Below, in pieces: positions 1-11,984 of a stretch of 45,322 nucleotides of DNA. Position 1 is the first letter of the stretch; each line of letters opens with the position of its first letter. The notes under the pieces were generated by a model. It searched no databases and was not told the origin of the DNA. It saw only the letters and a list, made by a program, of their open reading frames with translations. The position numbers were made by a program, and so were the translations under genes. This stretch comes from Blastocystis sp. subtype 4 (taxonomy: Eukaryota): positions 1-45,322 of the forward strand of contig NW_014569497.1 in assembly GCF_000743755.1 (NCBI RefSeq), given 5' to 3'.

Positions 1-545
1 CTTGTTGTTCTCGGCAAATATGCGACGAAGTGTCGCAGCAGTACGAACAGGAACAGTAGACTTCTCAACCTATGTCTCAGATCCAGACAGAAGAGTTACG
101 ATAATTTTGTCACTTCTAGATACACGGGCAATTGTACGAGCAGCAAGCTCAAGATAACGCAAGTTAGCAGCACTTCCGGCACCAATTCCAAACGTCTTTG
201 TAGGAGTCTATAACTCATATCCCCCGGGAGAAACCGACATTCACAGCTAAAAACACCATCTCCGCCTCAGCAATTCCCTTCTCTACGTCCGAGCTGAAGA
301 AGAGATTCTTTCCACGAGTCTGTTGGACGACTTCCAATAAACCAGGTTCATAAATGGGAAGACTATCACTATTCCATTCCTTTATTCTTTGTTCATTCAG
401 GTCCACAACAGTCACTTTGATTTCAGGACACTTCAGAGCAATAATAGCCATAGTAGGTCCACCAACATATCCTGCTCCAACACAACAAATAGATTTAATC
501 CTATAAATTATTGTGGCGTCCATTGTCTTACTCTTTCACGCTCAT
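1..545 (-). CDS. UGDH: UDP-glucose 6-dehydrogenase, 5' part (runs off window start)
   Basis: Spliced [38 protein letters not shown]...LPIYEPGL...AVNTPTK...VEKSTVPV; first intron 501-531 (31 nt, GT-AG). Confidence 0.95.
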
Positions 546-1546
546 GACAGTTAAAGACAAGGAAATAATGAATACTACCATACTGAATACGAGAAATCAG
601 GGAATCCGACTGTAATTGGTGCAGAAGTAGTCAATGAAAACCGTGGCAAGTGTATAAATCACATATTCGATCTTTCCTTCTCAACTAGCATACATATCAC
701 TTTCTCTTCCATCGGAATTCTCTGAAAACCCGTTTTAAACGCTCTTTCTATGGATGGATTATCATTTTTCTAGTTATCCGTGACAGAGAGAAAACTATCT
801 GAATATGTTATTTAGGACATTAGAATATAAATAGAGTAGATTGTTTCATGGAACAGTTTACTACATAATCAATCTCACAGTCCACATAAGAATAAGAACA
901 ATTATGTTTCTATTGATATTTGTGTGATCAGGTTTAAAAAGAAGATACATCAATTCTCACTCTTTCGGATAATCACGAGACAAAAATAACAGTGTATGAA
1001 AAGTTTCTCATAGTATCAGTGTGAATTGAGACTCGATTCTTGATTGCGGGCTATCTACTCCTTTTATTATGGAATCCTTCAGTAATAACATTTGTAATGA
1101 TACTTCCTGCTTTTCGAACTGGAGACAGTAGTCTATACTTTGTTCTGTGTTACTTATTGCTCAATTTTGGGTAATTTATATAGTAGACTATTACCATTTT
1201 CGTCATAGTGTAGCTTCATAGTAAAGTGTAACTGGATTCGTGATGTTATTACTGGTACTATATTAACATTGATCTCGAGATAAAACAATAATTTGTATAC
1301 TGGTTTTCAACAATGGACATGTGATAGAGAAGCGAGATCTTTCGAGGATCGAACCAAATGAGATTATTGATATAGATACGTCCAGAATCTGATGGAGCAT
1401 TCTATTCAGGAAACAAGAAGTGAAGGACTTGCTCACTAAATTCAATAACAATTGAAGATTCATTTGTGATTATTCACCCAGGCTCGAATATGAAAGATGT
1501 ACTCTAATCATATTGTATCTTAGTTTTTGTTTGTACTCAAAAACCT

Positions 1547-2819
1547 ATGAGTAGTATTCAGGTATTCAGACAACAACAAATGAGAGAGGACTATGAAGAA
1601 TGGAAGCGGAATTCGGTTTACTTGTACTTTCATTTTTGTGAATCAATTTGTAGATATGATATGATAGCAATACAAACACTTCCAAGGAGTCCTCTTTGTA
1701 TTGACTGGGATACAACTTCCACAAGGAATTTGTTGTGTGGAATAGAAGCAGATGATTCAAATTCAAATTCTATTTTACGGATATCCGTAAAGGAAGCATC
1801 TCGTCTATATCAAACTCAAATCGATGAAAAAATACCTTGCAAAGGAAGCTTTGAACTGTTTCGTTGGTGTTAATCCATTATCCTTAGACTTCGAGTCATG
1901 CCACATAACCCTAGTACTGTAGCCGCGAAGTCTATTGATGGAAAGGTACTCGTAATGAACACCAAGACAAACCAAGCTCAGTCGTTGATGGGTCTTACCT
2001 CTGGAGGTGGTGGATTGGATTGGTCAGACATGGATGAAGGTCTGATAGCATGTGGATCAGGTGATCATCGTATCTGTATTTGGAAGATTGAGTCTCCTCA
2101 GCCTCAGCTCGTTTTTGACAATCATCCTTGTGACGTCACTGTAATTCTATCAGTGAATCTCTTAGACTAGGATATATCATGGAATAGAAAGGAAAAGGAT
2201 CAATTCGGAGTTGCAGGAAATGATGGTTCCGTTGCTATATATGATATTCGGCAGTCTTCGTATTCATCTATGTACGATTGAAACGATTGGTAACTAATCA
2301 GAATCAAGTGTCATGATAGTAAGTGTTCATTACTTCGTTACAACCCATTTTTGTTTAATGTCTTCATTACAGGTACGTGACTTTAAGTTATTGTTATCTA
2401 GGTTCATCAAATGGACAAATAGCTTTATGGGATTCCCGCTTCACTTCTCATCCTGTACATTACTTGGAAGGACATACAGCAGGCATCTATTGTGGTGATT
2501 GGTCACCTCATTGTCAAAGCAAGATAGTGACAGGTGGAGATGATATGAAAGTGATTGTTTGGGATTTACTGAAGGTAGAGACGAGTGAGGCCATGAAGAG
2601 TAGATTGGACAAGAACAAAGTGCTGAGGAGGAAGAAGATGGATCCGCTGAATTGCTGTTCACACATCAGGGTCATACAGAACGGGTTAATGATGTTAGAT
2701 GGAATCCACAGGAGGAAGGAGTGATTTCCTCAGTTGGAAACGACCATACAGTTCAAGTGTGGAAAATCTCGGACTCGTTGTTTCAAGATGATATATTGGA
2801 CGATTCGCTACTAGAATAA
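1547..2819 (+). CDS. WD40 histone-binding protein, RBBP4/MSI1/HAT2-like
   Basis: N-terminal EDYEEWKRNS..YD, WD repeats (LDWS, GSGDHRICIW, GHTAGIYCGDWSP, GGDDMKVIVWDL), C-terminal DGSAELLFTHQGHTERVNDVRWNP; TAA 2817-2819. Confidence 0.8.
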
Positions 2820-2825
2820 CAAACA
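2818..2825 (-). terminator. TGTTTGTT polyadenylation motif for SPO11
   Basis: AACAAACA on + strand; starts 5 nt after the in-frame T at 2830. Confidence 0.8.
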
Positions 2826-2829
2826 ATCC

Positions 2830-4119
2830 ATTGGAGCGTTTTCAGAACCTTTTCTTTTATGTATGTTTTACTGAAGTACTCAATACCATGACAGTACACA
2901 CTCTCTAGTTCGGCCTTCATTTCACTTTGTATCATGTACTCCAATTCCCTCCGAAATACTTCATTTGTCTGTACAAATGGATGACTATCACTTAGTATCG
3001 ATCAGCAATATCACTTTTTTAAAGATCGACATTTGATTCGATCCATCTTTGAAAATGGTTGTTTAACAGAATCAGGAAGTTTTAGTGACTGGATGTCATG
3101 ATAGTGAAGTCCGATCCATGTCATCTTCACACAATAGCGATATGTCTTGTGAATCCACTTTCGCAAACCCTACTTCGAGGCCTGAAGCCAGTGATCCTAG
3201 AATGTAGGTCATCAGTAGTGCCATTCCATATGGATTCCAATCACAAAGCCCCAATACAGGGAGACGAAGTGTCACTGAAAGGAAATGAGTGAGAGCACGC
3301 GTAGCGAGATCTGGAAATCCTCGTCCAGTGATCATGATACAAGGCATATCATCGAAGAACTAGGCATAATCATCTCGATGTGTTCCTACTTTATCTTCAT
3401 ACAACCGTTTGAAGATTCCTTCCTGTGAATTAAGATAAAAGAAAGTATACTACCTTCTCTATGACAAGAATGAATTGAGCGTCCGACCGGACAGATAATT
3501 TGGTTATCATTTCGTACGTAATGGACAGAGGCTTCTCTACACTTAAGTCACTCCAGTTTCCAGAGTCTTTCAACGAGATCAACAATCTATTCAGAGATAT
3601 GTACTATGACCTACCTTCCTGTGATATACCCTTTGGATGTTGCTGTAATCCCGAGAGCATCGCGTGGGACTCGTAGGAGAGCAATGCATTCTTGGATACA
3701 CTCGTCACACTCCCTTTGTGACGCAAATATCTTTAATTAAGGGAATATAATAACCAAACATCTGTGTTCATATAGTATAGTTCGCGTTGATTAATGCTTT
3801 TCCGTTCCCTGCACAGATTGTAACATATTTGCATGACTTTCCACAAACCCTGAAATCGTTTCCCATCAGTCAGTTTACGACGAGTGGTTCGGAGTTTCAT
3901 GCGGATGTACTGTTCTTTTCTGCAGAATACAGCGTTGGCTCTTGATCTCGTGATTACTGGCATGGAAGGTTCTTGACTGGTAGTCAGTTGTCTTAAGAAG
4001 TGGTCAACTTCTCCTTCGATCAGATGCATGACGTCCTCTGGAGAGGCGTCAAAGAAGGTTTCAATTAGTGGAGCATCTTCTTCACAATCTACATATTCAA
4101 TCTCCTTTGAAGAATCCAT
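2830..4119 (-). CDS. SPO11: Meiotic topoisomerase-like DSB protein, SPO11-2 type; stop codon apparently made by polyadenylation
   Basis: INQRELYY (catalytic Tyr), LVIEKEGIF, MITGRGFPDLATR, LCDWNPYG (DWN as in SPO11-2), MKAELE; last codon CAA then T2830, 4 nt, TGTTTGTT. Confidence 0.9.
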
Positions 4120-4206
4120 TTGAGAATTGTGTTTTCCCTCCAATGCTAGTTGGAGCCAATTATGATTCTCAACTAAACAAGTTCTCTTCTCTCTAACAAA
4201 CATAAC

Positions 4207-5192
4207 AAAAGAAGTCATCGATCAGGAAAAGGTCAGATTGATTAGAATGAGATAGAATTGCCCCTTTGATGAGAGAGGATACAGTTGATGTTAGCTTTGT
4301 GTCTTCCCGAACTCTCTTCGTATCTTGCGTATCACAAGTCAGCTCTGTTCGTTGCGATAGTGTGATTGTCTGACTCGCACTGTTCCGCTTCCTTCTCGTT
4401 GTATGAGGGACAGTAGAACAAGAGGCTTCTATGAGATTGAATCGTTCTTTGTCATTCGCTTCTTCTTTCATTTTTTCGTAGTATTTGGCTTGCTCTTCTT
4501 GTACAATTGACCTCAATCGTTCAACGAGTCTCACTTCAAGTGCAGCATTCTCTTCCTTCACACAATGTTGTACTTGAGCAAGGATTCGTTTTTCTGAGGC
4601 ATCAAATGCTTTTCGACTTGTGTTTTCCTCACGTTTCACTAAAGATGATAGTGCTTTGATTTCTTTCTGAAGTGTGGTCACTAGATGACAATGTGATAAA
4701 AGGATTACACATATCCGAAATAATGGATAGCATGTTGTCTGTTAATGGTTTGATGACACTATCAGAAACACTTTTCGATAATGTCTCTTCTGTTTTGGTG
4801 AGAGTCTCATGAATACTATTAACCAAACGAACAACAGTGGATAGATCGACACTTGAATCTGGAGAAGGATATCGTGATGTTGATTGTCCTACGATTGATA
4901 TGTGTACCATTGAATACCTTTTATCGATCCAGCAGTTGAATTCTTTGATAGAAAGGGATAAATAGAGGAATCATCATGGGGAAGACTACCACTATTGACA
5001 TCATGGGAGTAATATGGAGCAAGAGTGGTGGATGAGGAACTCTAGGGATTGAAAACATTTAGTGACTCTACGGAATCTCTACACATGAGTTCAAATAAGA
5101 CTCAAAGACCGATTTTGCGAGTATTGAAGTGTCCTTGAGGAAGCATCGAAATTGATAATATCGTTTAACGATAGTTTCACACTAGGATTCAT
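4207..5192 (-). CDS. Hypothetical coiled-coil protein; poly(A)-completed stop probable
   Basis: MNPSVKLSLNDIINFD...; ~30 nt introns (e.g. 5079-5109); helical core LQKEIKALSSLVKREE...; ends IDDFF then T4207, 4 nt, TGTTTGTT (4195-4202). Confidence 0.65.
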
Positions 5193-5509
5193 TTTGCTAT
5201 AGCATTTATCTTGGTATCGAAAGGAACGAACGAAAATGATTGGAGCTCATATTTTCCCTCCTTTGTCATATTGCCGCAGGAAAATTGGATATAGATCGTT
5301 CATTTCATAATAGCTCTTTATTTGTAATGTGGTCCAGAAATCTTGCAGGAAATTACATCTGACAGCTGATTAGGTGGTAAGACAGAACGAATGTCTGTAT
5401 CATTCATTCAGATAACACGATTACCGAATAGTATAGTGGAGTTACGACTGTCTTACCTAGCATTTCATTCTATATCTTCCTGTTGTTTGTTTCATATTGA
5501 AACTATACT

Positions 5510-7554
5510 ATGAGGTACAGTTATTCTATGGATGGATTTGATTCGATAGCGGTCACCATGCCAACATCGTCAACATGTTGATTGATCGCAAAATTCGTAG
5601 TCTGAAAGGATGCAAAAATTATGAAATAGACTCGAGTCTGGATAATAAGGCTCAACGGAGGTTATTTGACGTATATGCGGAAACGAAATCTGTTAAAGAT
5701 GTATTTATTGTTTATTGGTATCTCATGTCAATAGTTTACTCAAGAAGATGTTCAATTTATGTATCCAGAGATTGTGAAAAGTACTATCACAATTGAGTTC
5801 CAAAAAGAAGGGTATGATTTACGGGCATATATAGACTGTAGTCATATCTTTGCTTCAACTCATGGAGATCATACGGTGAAGATTGTTGATTTTGCCACAG
5901 GAAAGATTCTTAGGGTACTTATTTAATATTCTCGATCCTAACTGTAGACTCTAATCGGTCATCCGAGAACCCCTTGGGCAGTGAAATTCCATCCTCGAAA
6001 TCCAGATATTCTAGTGAGTGGATGTATTGGATCTACCGTAATTGTATGGAATTGGAAGAAAAACGAAACAATTGCATATACACAAATTATGCAGAATGTG
6101 ATGATTTCATCTCTCGATTGGCATCCAAAGTAACCAAAATTTGTTGTTTCCAAGTGTAGAGAAGAGATGATTCTAGTAACATGTGGAACTACAGTGTACA
6201 TTTGGGACTATATTGTAGAAGTGTTCTACTTGCATAAAGAATAGAAGAATGCATTGATCAATCTGTTCCCTACAAGTGTTCGCAAATATCAATTTGCTTT
6301 CTTCTATGGAGATGGGAAGGATTTTATTGCCTCTCATGAGAATGTGATTAATCGAGGTCAGTATAAGACTTATACTATAAGCAAATATCAACTCATCAAA
6401 GATGTACTAAATCAATGTGTAAATGAAGAATAGAAATACACACAAGCAACTGTTGTATATGGTTGTAGTGATATATCCACTCAATCTACAGTAAATTGTA
6501 GTAATGGAATTCACATCTCGAAGAATGGTGACTATGCTATTATCTCTGTGTATGAAATTATCATTTGATTTACGATAGATGTGAAGGACCTCGTAATTTT
6601 CATTACAATTCTGGATCTGTACCTGATATCCCTTCTGCTTCTTTGCTTCAGTTACAACGAAGTACTCCATATGCACTACCATCAAATCCACCTTCGCTTC
6701 CTCCTCTTCCTCCTCTTCCTCCTTCACAAACATCTGGTACTCTTCCTTCCAATATGTTGCTTCGAGATATCAGTACACAAGCTACCAGCTCTCATATCAG
6801 TATCTTCCATGGAGTCGATACAACCAGGCCTACCACACCTCTTCGCGAAAGTGGATCTGTTCCTGTCACCTCATTGGTGACACCTCCTCGTCGAGAGCCA
6901 GAGCGTCAAAACCTTGTGACTCCTCCACTCCCTCGTCAAGTGGTTGCTCCATCAACCGAGGAATCACGATTGCCACGGCCACGAGAGTTGGGAGTACTGC
7001 CTCCTGCCGAGCCTACTCTGCGTCCTCTGGCAATGCCAACATTCCAGCAACTCCAACTGCATGGTCGTCAGCAACCTCTCATGTATCCACGGTATATAGC
7101 AAAGGTGAGTCTTGTGGGAAATAGTGTGGGGAAGGTGGTAAGTAAGTTCAAGATCCCTGGTAGGAATCAGAAGAAATATGAATGAATAGACAATGCAATG
7201 GTTGCTTCTCTTCAGATCTCACCAAGTAATGACTTTATCCTAGCTTCGTATCGAATACGGTTGAGTTAAATGAAGTATATGAAGATTAGGAATGTTGAAC
7301 GAGAAGGGAGTTTCAAATCCATTTTCTTTCATATCTATCGTCAAATGGATTGGCGACTATATGTAGAGACAATGACAGAAAATGATTTGTAGTATGAATC
7401 TTTGGGAACTAACGATAATGCAAATATTGCAACATGGTCACCTAGGATGGATGGACTTGTTGTAGGAACAGAGAAAGGGAAACTGATCATTTATCGGTCT
7501 AATGTGTGTCCTCTATCTAGACAACGACAAGTTAAAGACGATGATGAACTATAA
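5510..7554 (+). CDS. AMBRA1-like split WD40 protein
   Basis: ASTHGDHTVKIVDFATGKIL-TLIGHPRTPWAVKFHPRNPDILVSGC resembles the AMBRA1 N-terminal WD region; Pro-rich insert 6580-7080; C-terminal WD blades; TAA 7552-7554. Confidence 0.75.
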
Positions 7555-7556
7555 GG

Positions 7557-7564
7557 TGTTTGTT
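7557..7564 (+). terminator. TGTTTGTT polyadenylation motif
   Basis: Starts 5 nt after the T of TAA (7552). Confidence 0.8.
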
Positions 7565-7574
7565 AAGAAACATA

Positions 7575-9360
7575 CTAAGGTCTCTCTCCAACACCCTTCG
7601 CACAATCATACACAATACGCTCTACTGCGACTGACAGAGTCTTTGCTTCTTCCATCGTCTCAGCTTCAGCATACACACGAACCACATTCTCTGTTCCCGA
7701 AGGTCTATTCCTAACTTCCTTTCTTCATCTCTACCTGACAAACGAACGTCCCTTCGAGATTCCTTCCACAGCCTTATTGATGAGAGGCTGAATAGTCTCA
7801 GGAGCCACACACTGGGTTTCATCATCATTACACATGATAATTGTACGATCCTCCACTTTCACCACAGTATTGATACTACAAATGATTCATCTTATTCATA
7901 GCTACCAAGGAAGATTTGCATACAGATGACTGAACTGTTCCATGCTCAGATGCATGGTAATCATCACAGCCTCAAAGAACAGAGCATCACTCAGTGCATC
8001 ACCTACAGCTTGATTCACCAGAACCGATGCCCAGATCAGACGTTGTCTGGCTCCTTCTTGCTCCACCTGTTTATCATTCATTCCTGTCTCCTACTGTCAA
8101 CGTGTTTGGATCCAAACTCTGCAATCTCTCCACGAAGCTCTTCTTAAATAACACTGTTCCATGTCCATTTGCCTCAAAGTATGTACCCACATCATTTGCA
8201 GCAGCAAGAGGATGAAGATACTTCACACCAGTCTTTGCAAGAGTCACGGGAATTCCATTCTCTTTCGCATAAATAACCGAAGCACCATTCGCATAAGCAG
8301 TCTTGACAGCACCAATTGATACATCCTTAAGACCCAGTTGGTCCACCTGCGTACGGACCCACAGAGCAGCCAACGACATTTCCTTGTCTCCATCCATGAT
8401 ATCCAACGTCATCGTAGTAGGATCGATTCTCCAGTACAGAAGACGATCAGCATCTCCATCCAGAGAACAGAGTCTCTTGCCTACAGCTGTTTCTGCTGTG
8501 AACCCAGTAGGAATGGCTCGTTGGGTGTAGAGATAATTGGCTCCTGCAAGATTATTAAGATTCTCGCGGGACATGTTGAAGCCTTCAATCTTCAACAGGT
8601 CACCACAAGCCTGCTTTAGTCCAGGGATTACCAACTGACCAGCTCCATTGGCACAATCCACATACAGAGGTTCACGACCACGAGCCTCTTCCTCAAGACC
8701 CTCAATGACCTTGGCAAAAGCAGTACCAAGCATACGATAGTAGCCATCCACTCCCTTGTACTCACTTGAAGGATCATTGTATTGACGCACCACGTGATGA
8801 AGAATAGGTGTAGTTACTTCCTCCAAGTTCATTACCTCTGCCTTCATAATTGTTGCAGACTTGATAGCAAGATCAAGGAGGTATTTACCACTATTGCGAG
8901 TATCACGTCCTGTGATAACAACTGCAGGGAAGGAAAGATCGATGTTCTTTTCAGTTACAAAAGTGTCAATTAGTTCTAAGGCAGCTTCTGGGTCCGAATT
9001 TGTAAGATCTGTAGCGAACTATATCTTAGATACTCCGTATCAATTACCTGTTCCCAATCGAGAGACATCATCCCACCATCAGGATCAACAATCTTGATAC
9101 CATTATCAATCTCAGGGTTATGAGAAGCTGTTACCATCAAGCCAATTGCCTATACATTAGGCTTCAATTCACTTTTTTACCTGTTTATGGTACATACTGC
9201 GAAGCACTCCAATAATTCCAACACGGATAAAGACTGAAGGCAACAAGTCATAATGCATACGGAAACCAGCAGTACCATAGATGAACTTGGCTTCAGGTCG
9301 GGGAATTGATTTCAGATGATCATAGATTTCAGGATACTTCTTGAAGAATGCAGTATTCAT
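7575..9360 (-). CDS. PGM3: Phosphoacetylglucosamine mutase
   Basis: [60 protein letters not shown]-like C-terminus; TAG 7577-7575. Confidence 0.95.
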
Positions 9361-9510
9361 AACGTGTAGGTAAAGAAAGGTAATATTGATGAGTCGCTAA
9401 GAATCTTCTATAATCGTGATTCTTATCACTGAGTTTTTTCATCAACGTCTTTTATTCACCTTAGTTTGCTGTTAGAGGTATCTCTGTTTCACAGTTTGTG
9501 AACTGCTATT

Positions 9511-10678
9511 ATGTGGCAGAAGGATAAAGTAGCGTTTGTTGTTTTATTGTTGATATGCTTTCTGTACATAGCATTAATAGGGTCAGACAAGTTTACCATA
9601 CGATCATATCAAAGTGTAGATCAGGAGATGAAGCTTGTGAGTTTGTTAAGTCGGAAAGTGTTAGTATATGGTATTATTCCCACTCTTATATCATGTAGTA
9701 CCAGTACTCCACTGTATCACTACCAATGATACCTGCCCAACTTGGATATATAAGCGCTATCTTCGTTACGTCCCACCTCAATTCCGTGTATGTGGTGAAT
9801 GCGTTCAGGAGCTTCAATTCTATCAGAATAGAGGTAGACCGTTTTCTTATCGGCAATATGCTGCTCCTTCTTATCATTCAATTCATTATGGAAACGAGAT
9901 GCATTATCGTCTTTTTCCTCAGTTAGCTCATAATCTTGGATATCGAGTTTTATTCATGATACTCACATCAGGAGATGAGAGGAAAGAGAGAATTATTATT
10001 CGCAACAATTTTCGTTCTCTTCAGAGCCGTTTTAATGTTGGCTATTTTTTTGTTACTGCTTTTAATGAAGAGTATAACCAAAGTATTATCGAAGAGAGTC
10101 AACTTTATCGTGATATTCTTCAGTTGTCTCATTACGATTCCTATCATAACTTGCTTCTTAGCGTTTTGGGTGGTTTTCATTTTATCACGAGATTTAACAA
10201 TCTTACTGAGTATGTGATGAAGACAGATTCGGATTGTGTTGTCAACATTCCCCGACTCTTGCGTTATCTTAATGGGATGGATAAGTATCATCCACAGTAT
10301 ATTGGAAAATGTTCTTTGCATTGGAAATTCAACATTGATGATCCTACTCAAAAGAACTATGTTCCCCCGAGTTTAGTTGTTCCTCGCCAAAGATTCATTG
10401 GTTATGCTTCTGGCGGTGGTTACATTCTCCGGGCTGATGGAATCCCTCGTCTTTTAATTGCAGTTCGCCATCTGCCTTTCCTTACCCATCTTGAAGATGT
10501 GACAATTGGGATGGCGGCTACATCGTTAGAATATCGTTGTAAGCATAAATCGAAGTGGATCGCTCGACAGGGCTGTGAGACTAAAGAATCATGTTTGAAG
10601 TATATGATTATGCACAAGAATACATCCAACAGTGAAATAGAGCGCTATTGGAGTTATATTGATTATTATCTTGTTTAA
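9511..10678 (+). CDS. GT31 beta-1,3-galactosyltransferase-family type II membrane protein
   Basis: N-terminal TM helix; EESQLYRDIL, DSYHNL, YVMKTDSDCVVN (DxD), YASGGGYIL, LEDVTIG. Confidence 0.85.
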
Positions 10679-10695
10679 ACAAACACATCAAATGA

Positions 10696-11888
10696 CTACT
10701 CCTCCACTACCATACGTTTGTCTTCGTGCTCTCCATAGCTATTTAACTTGTGTTTCCTTCGCTCTATCAAAAAATCACAAGGATTTTCAATGACATCCAA
10801 ATCCCCATTCTGTCCCAAAACAAAAAGATAGCTAGATCCATTCAATGGAGATAGAGTCATACCAATGATTCTGCTTCGACTACGGATATTTATCGAATGA
10901 CGTTCTCGCAGAGCACTCTCCTTCTCTTCCTTCCCACTGTTCTTGAATAACAGTACTTCGTTATCATCACCACATAAATACACCACTTCAACCTCACATC
11001 CATAGAACTTACTCAGTGTTTTTTCAGCGATACATCCAGTTACAGAACTCCGAATAGGCGCTTTCCAACGTTTCACAATCTTGAGATTCTGTGAGTTCAT
11101 TCCAAAGACACCGCGATCTGTTTCGGTACATGCAACAACACTATCTGAAGTTGTAAAAGCGCATAGGCAAGTAACATTGTTTGCTCCAACAGTAATTCGA
11201 TTGAAGCATACACACTCTTTTCCTTTGATGGAAAATTGAGACAGCTGCTTCTGCTCTGTCACGATGATCGTTTCGTCATCTCTCCAACAAACTGAATTTG
11301 GATGACCCACAGTATGGATAACAATAGGATCATTCATTTGATTTTCGAAAGAATAGATATTCACTGAGGAAGAGAGTGCATGCATGGACAACAACTACGT
11401 AAACAAAAGAGAATTAGTCCTTACATACTTTCCAGAGGGAGAAAAGCGTAGCAAGCACCAGCTCTCTTCCAGTAAACTACTAGAGTCTCCTTTATGTCTG
11501 AATTCCTTCTTCAGGATAAGATTTCCATTCAAGTCACTTTCAAACACTTTAATATGTCCTCGTTCGTCCATTCCACACAAATAGCCTTTACTTTCATCGG
11601 AATAGCGTCTACTGCAAATACTCTGAATTGGGTATTTAAAAGAAGCAACATATGTGGCAGAAAGCTTAATAATCGGTGACTCTCTATCTGCAGATAATGT
11701 GCTAGGATCAAGGGAAGGAATCTACAATTCAGTTCACAACCATACAGGCTAACCTCTACTTTTAGGACATTATTTGCTGATACAAAATAAACCATATTAG
11801 GCTCAAGATCCGTAGTCAACGCTTCTGTTAACGGAACACCGTATCGAATGCGGTCAGAGTCGGGTACAATAATACGAAATCGATACAT
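10696..11888 (-). CDS. Hypothetical WD40/beta-propeller protein
   Basis: Beta-rich repeats (CGMDERGHIKVF, LRFSPSGKY, SVCWRDD); short introns; TAG 10698-10696; start uncertain. Confidence 0.55.
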
Positions 11889-11984
11889 GCCTTGTTGCTG
11901 GCGTGTTTCTGATAGCCGAATAGCCGTTTTGATCTTCAAGCCGAGAAGCCGTTTTCGGTGACTGAAAGCATAAGCCAGAATAGA

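Noticed and set aside
546..1546. 1-kb gap with short open stretches and TGTTTGTA at 1528
   Set aside because: No consistent spliced ORF, homology or RNA structure could be built; a lncRNA or decayed gene cannot be excluded
5448..5462. CTTACCTAG resembling the U1 snRNA 5' end
   Set aside because: No ATACTTACCTG match, no U1 stem-loops and no downstream Sm site
10661..10678. Possible poly(A)-made stop at T10667 in GT31 (TGTTTAAA 5 nt later)
   Set aside because: Weak motif match, and a genomic TAA follows three codons later
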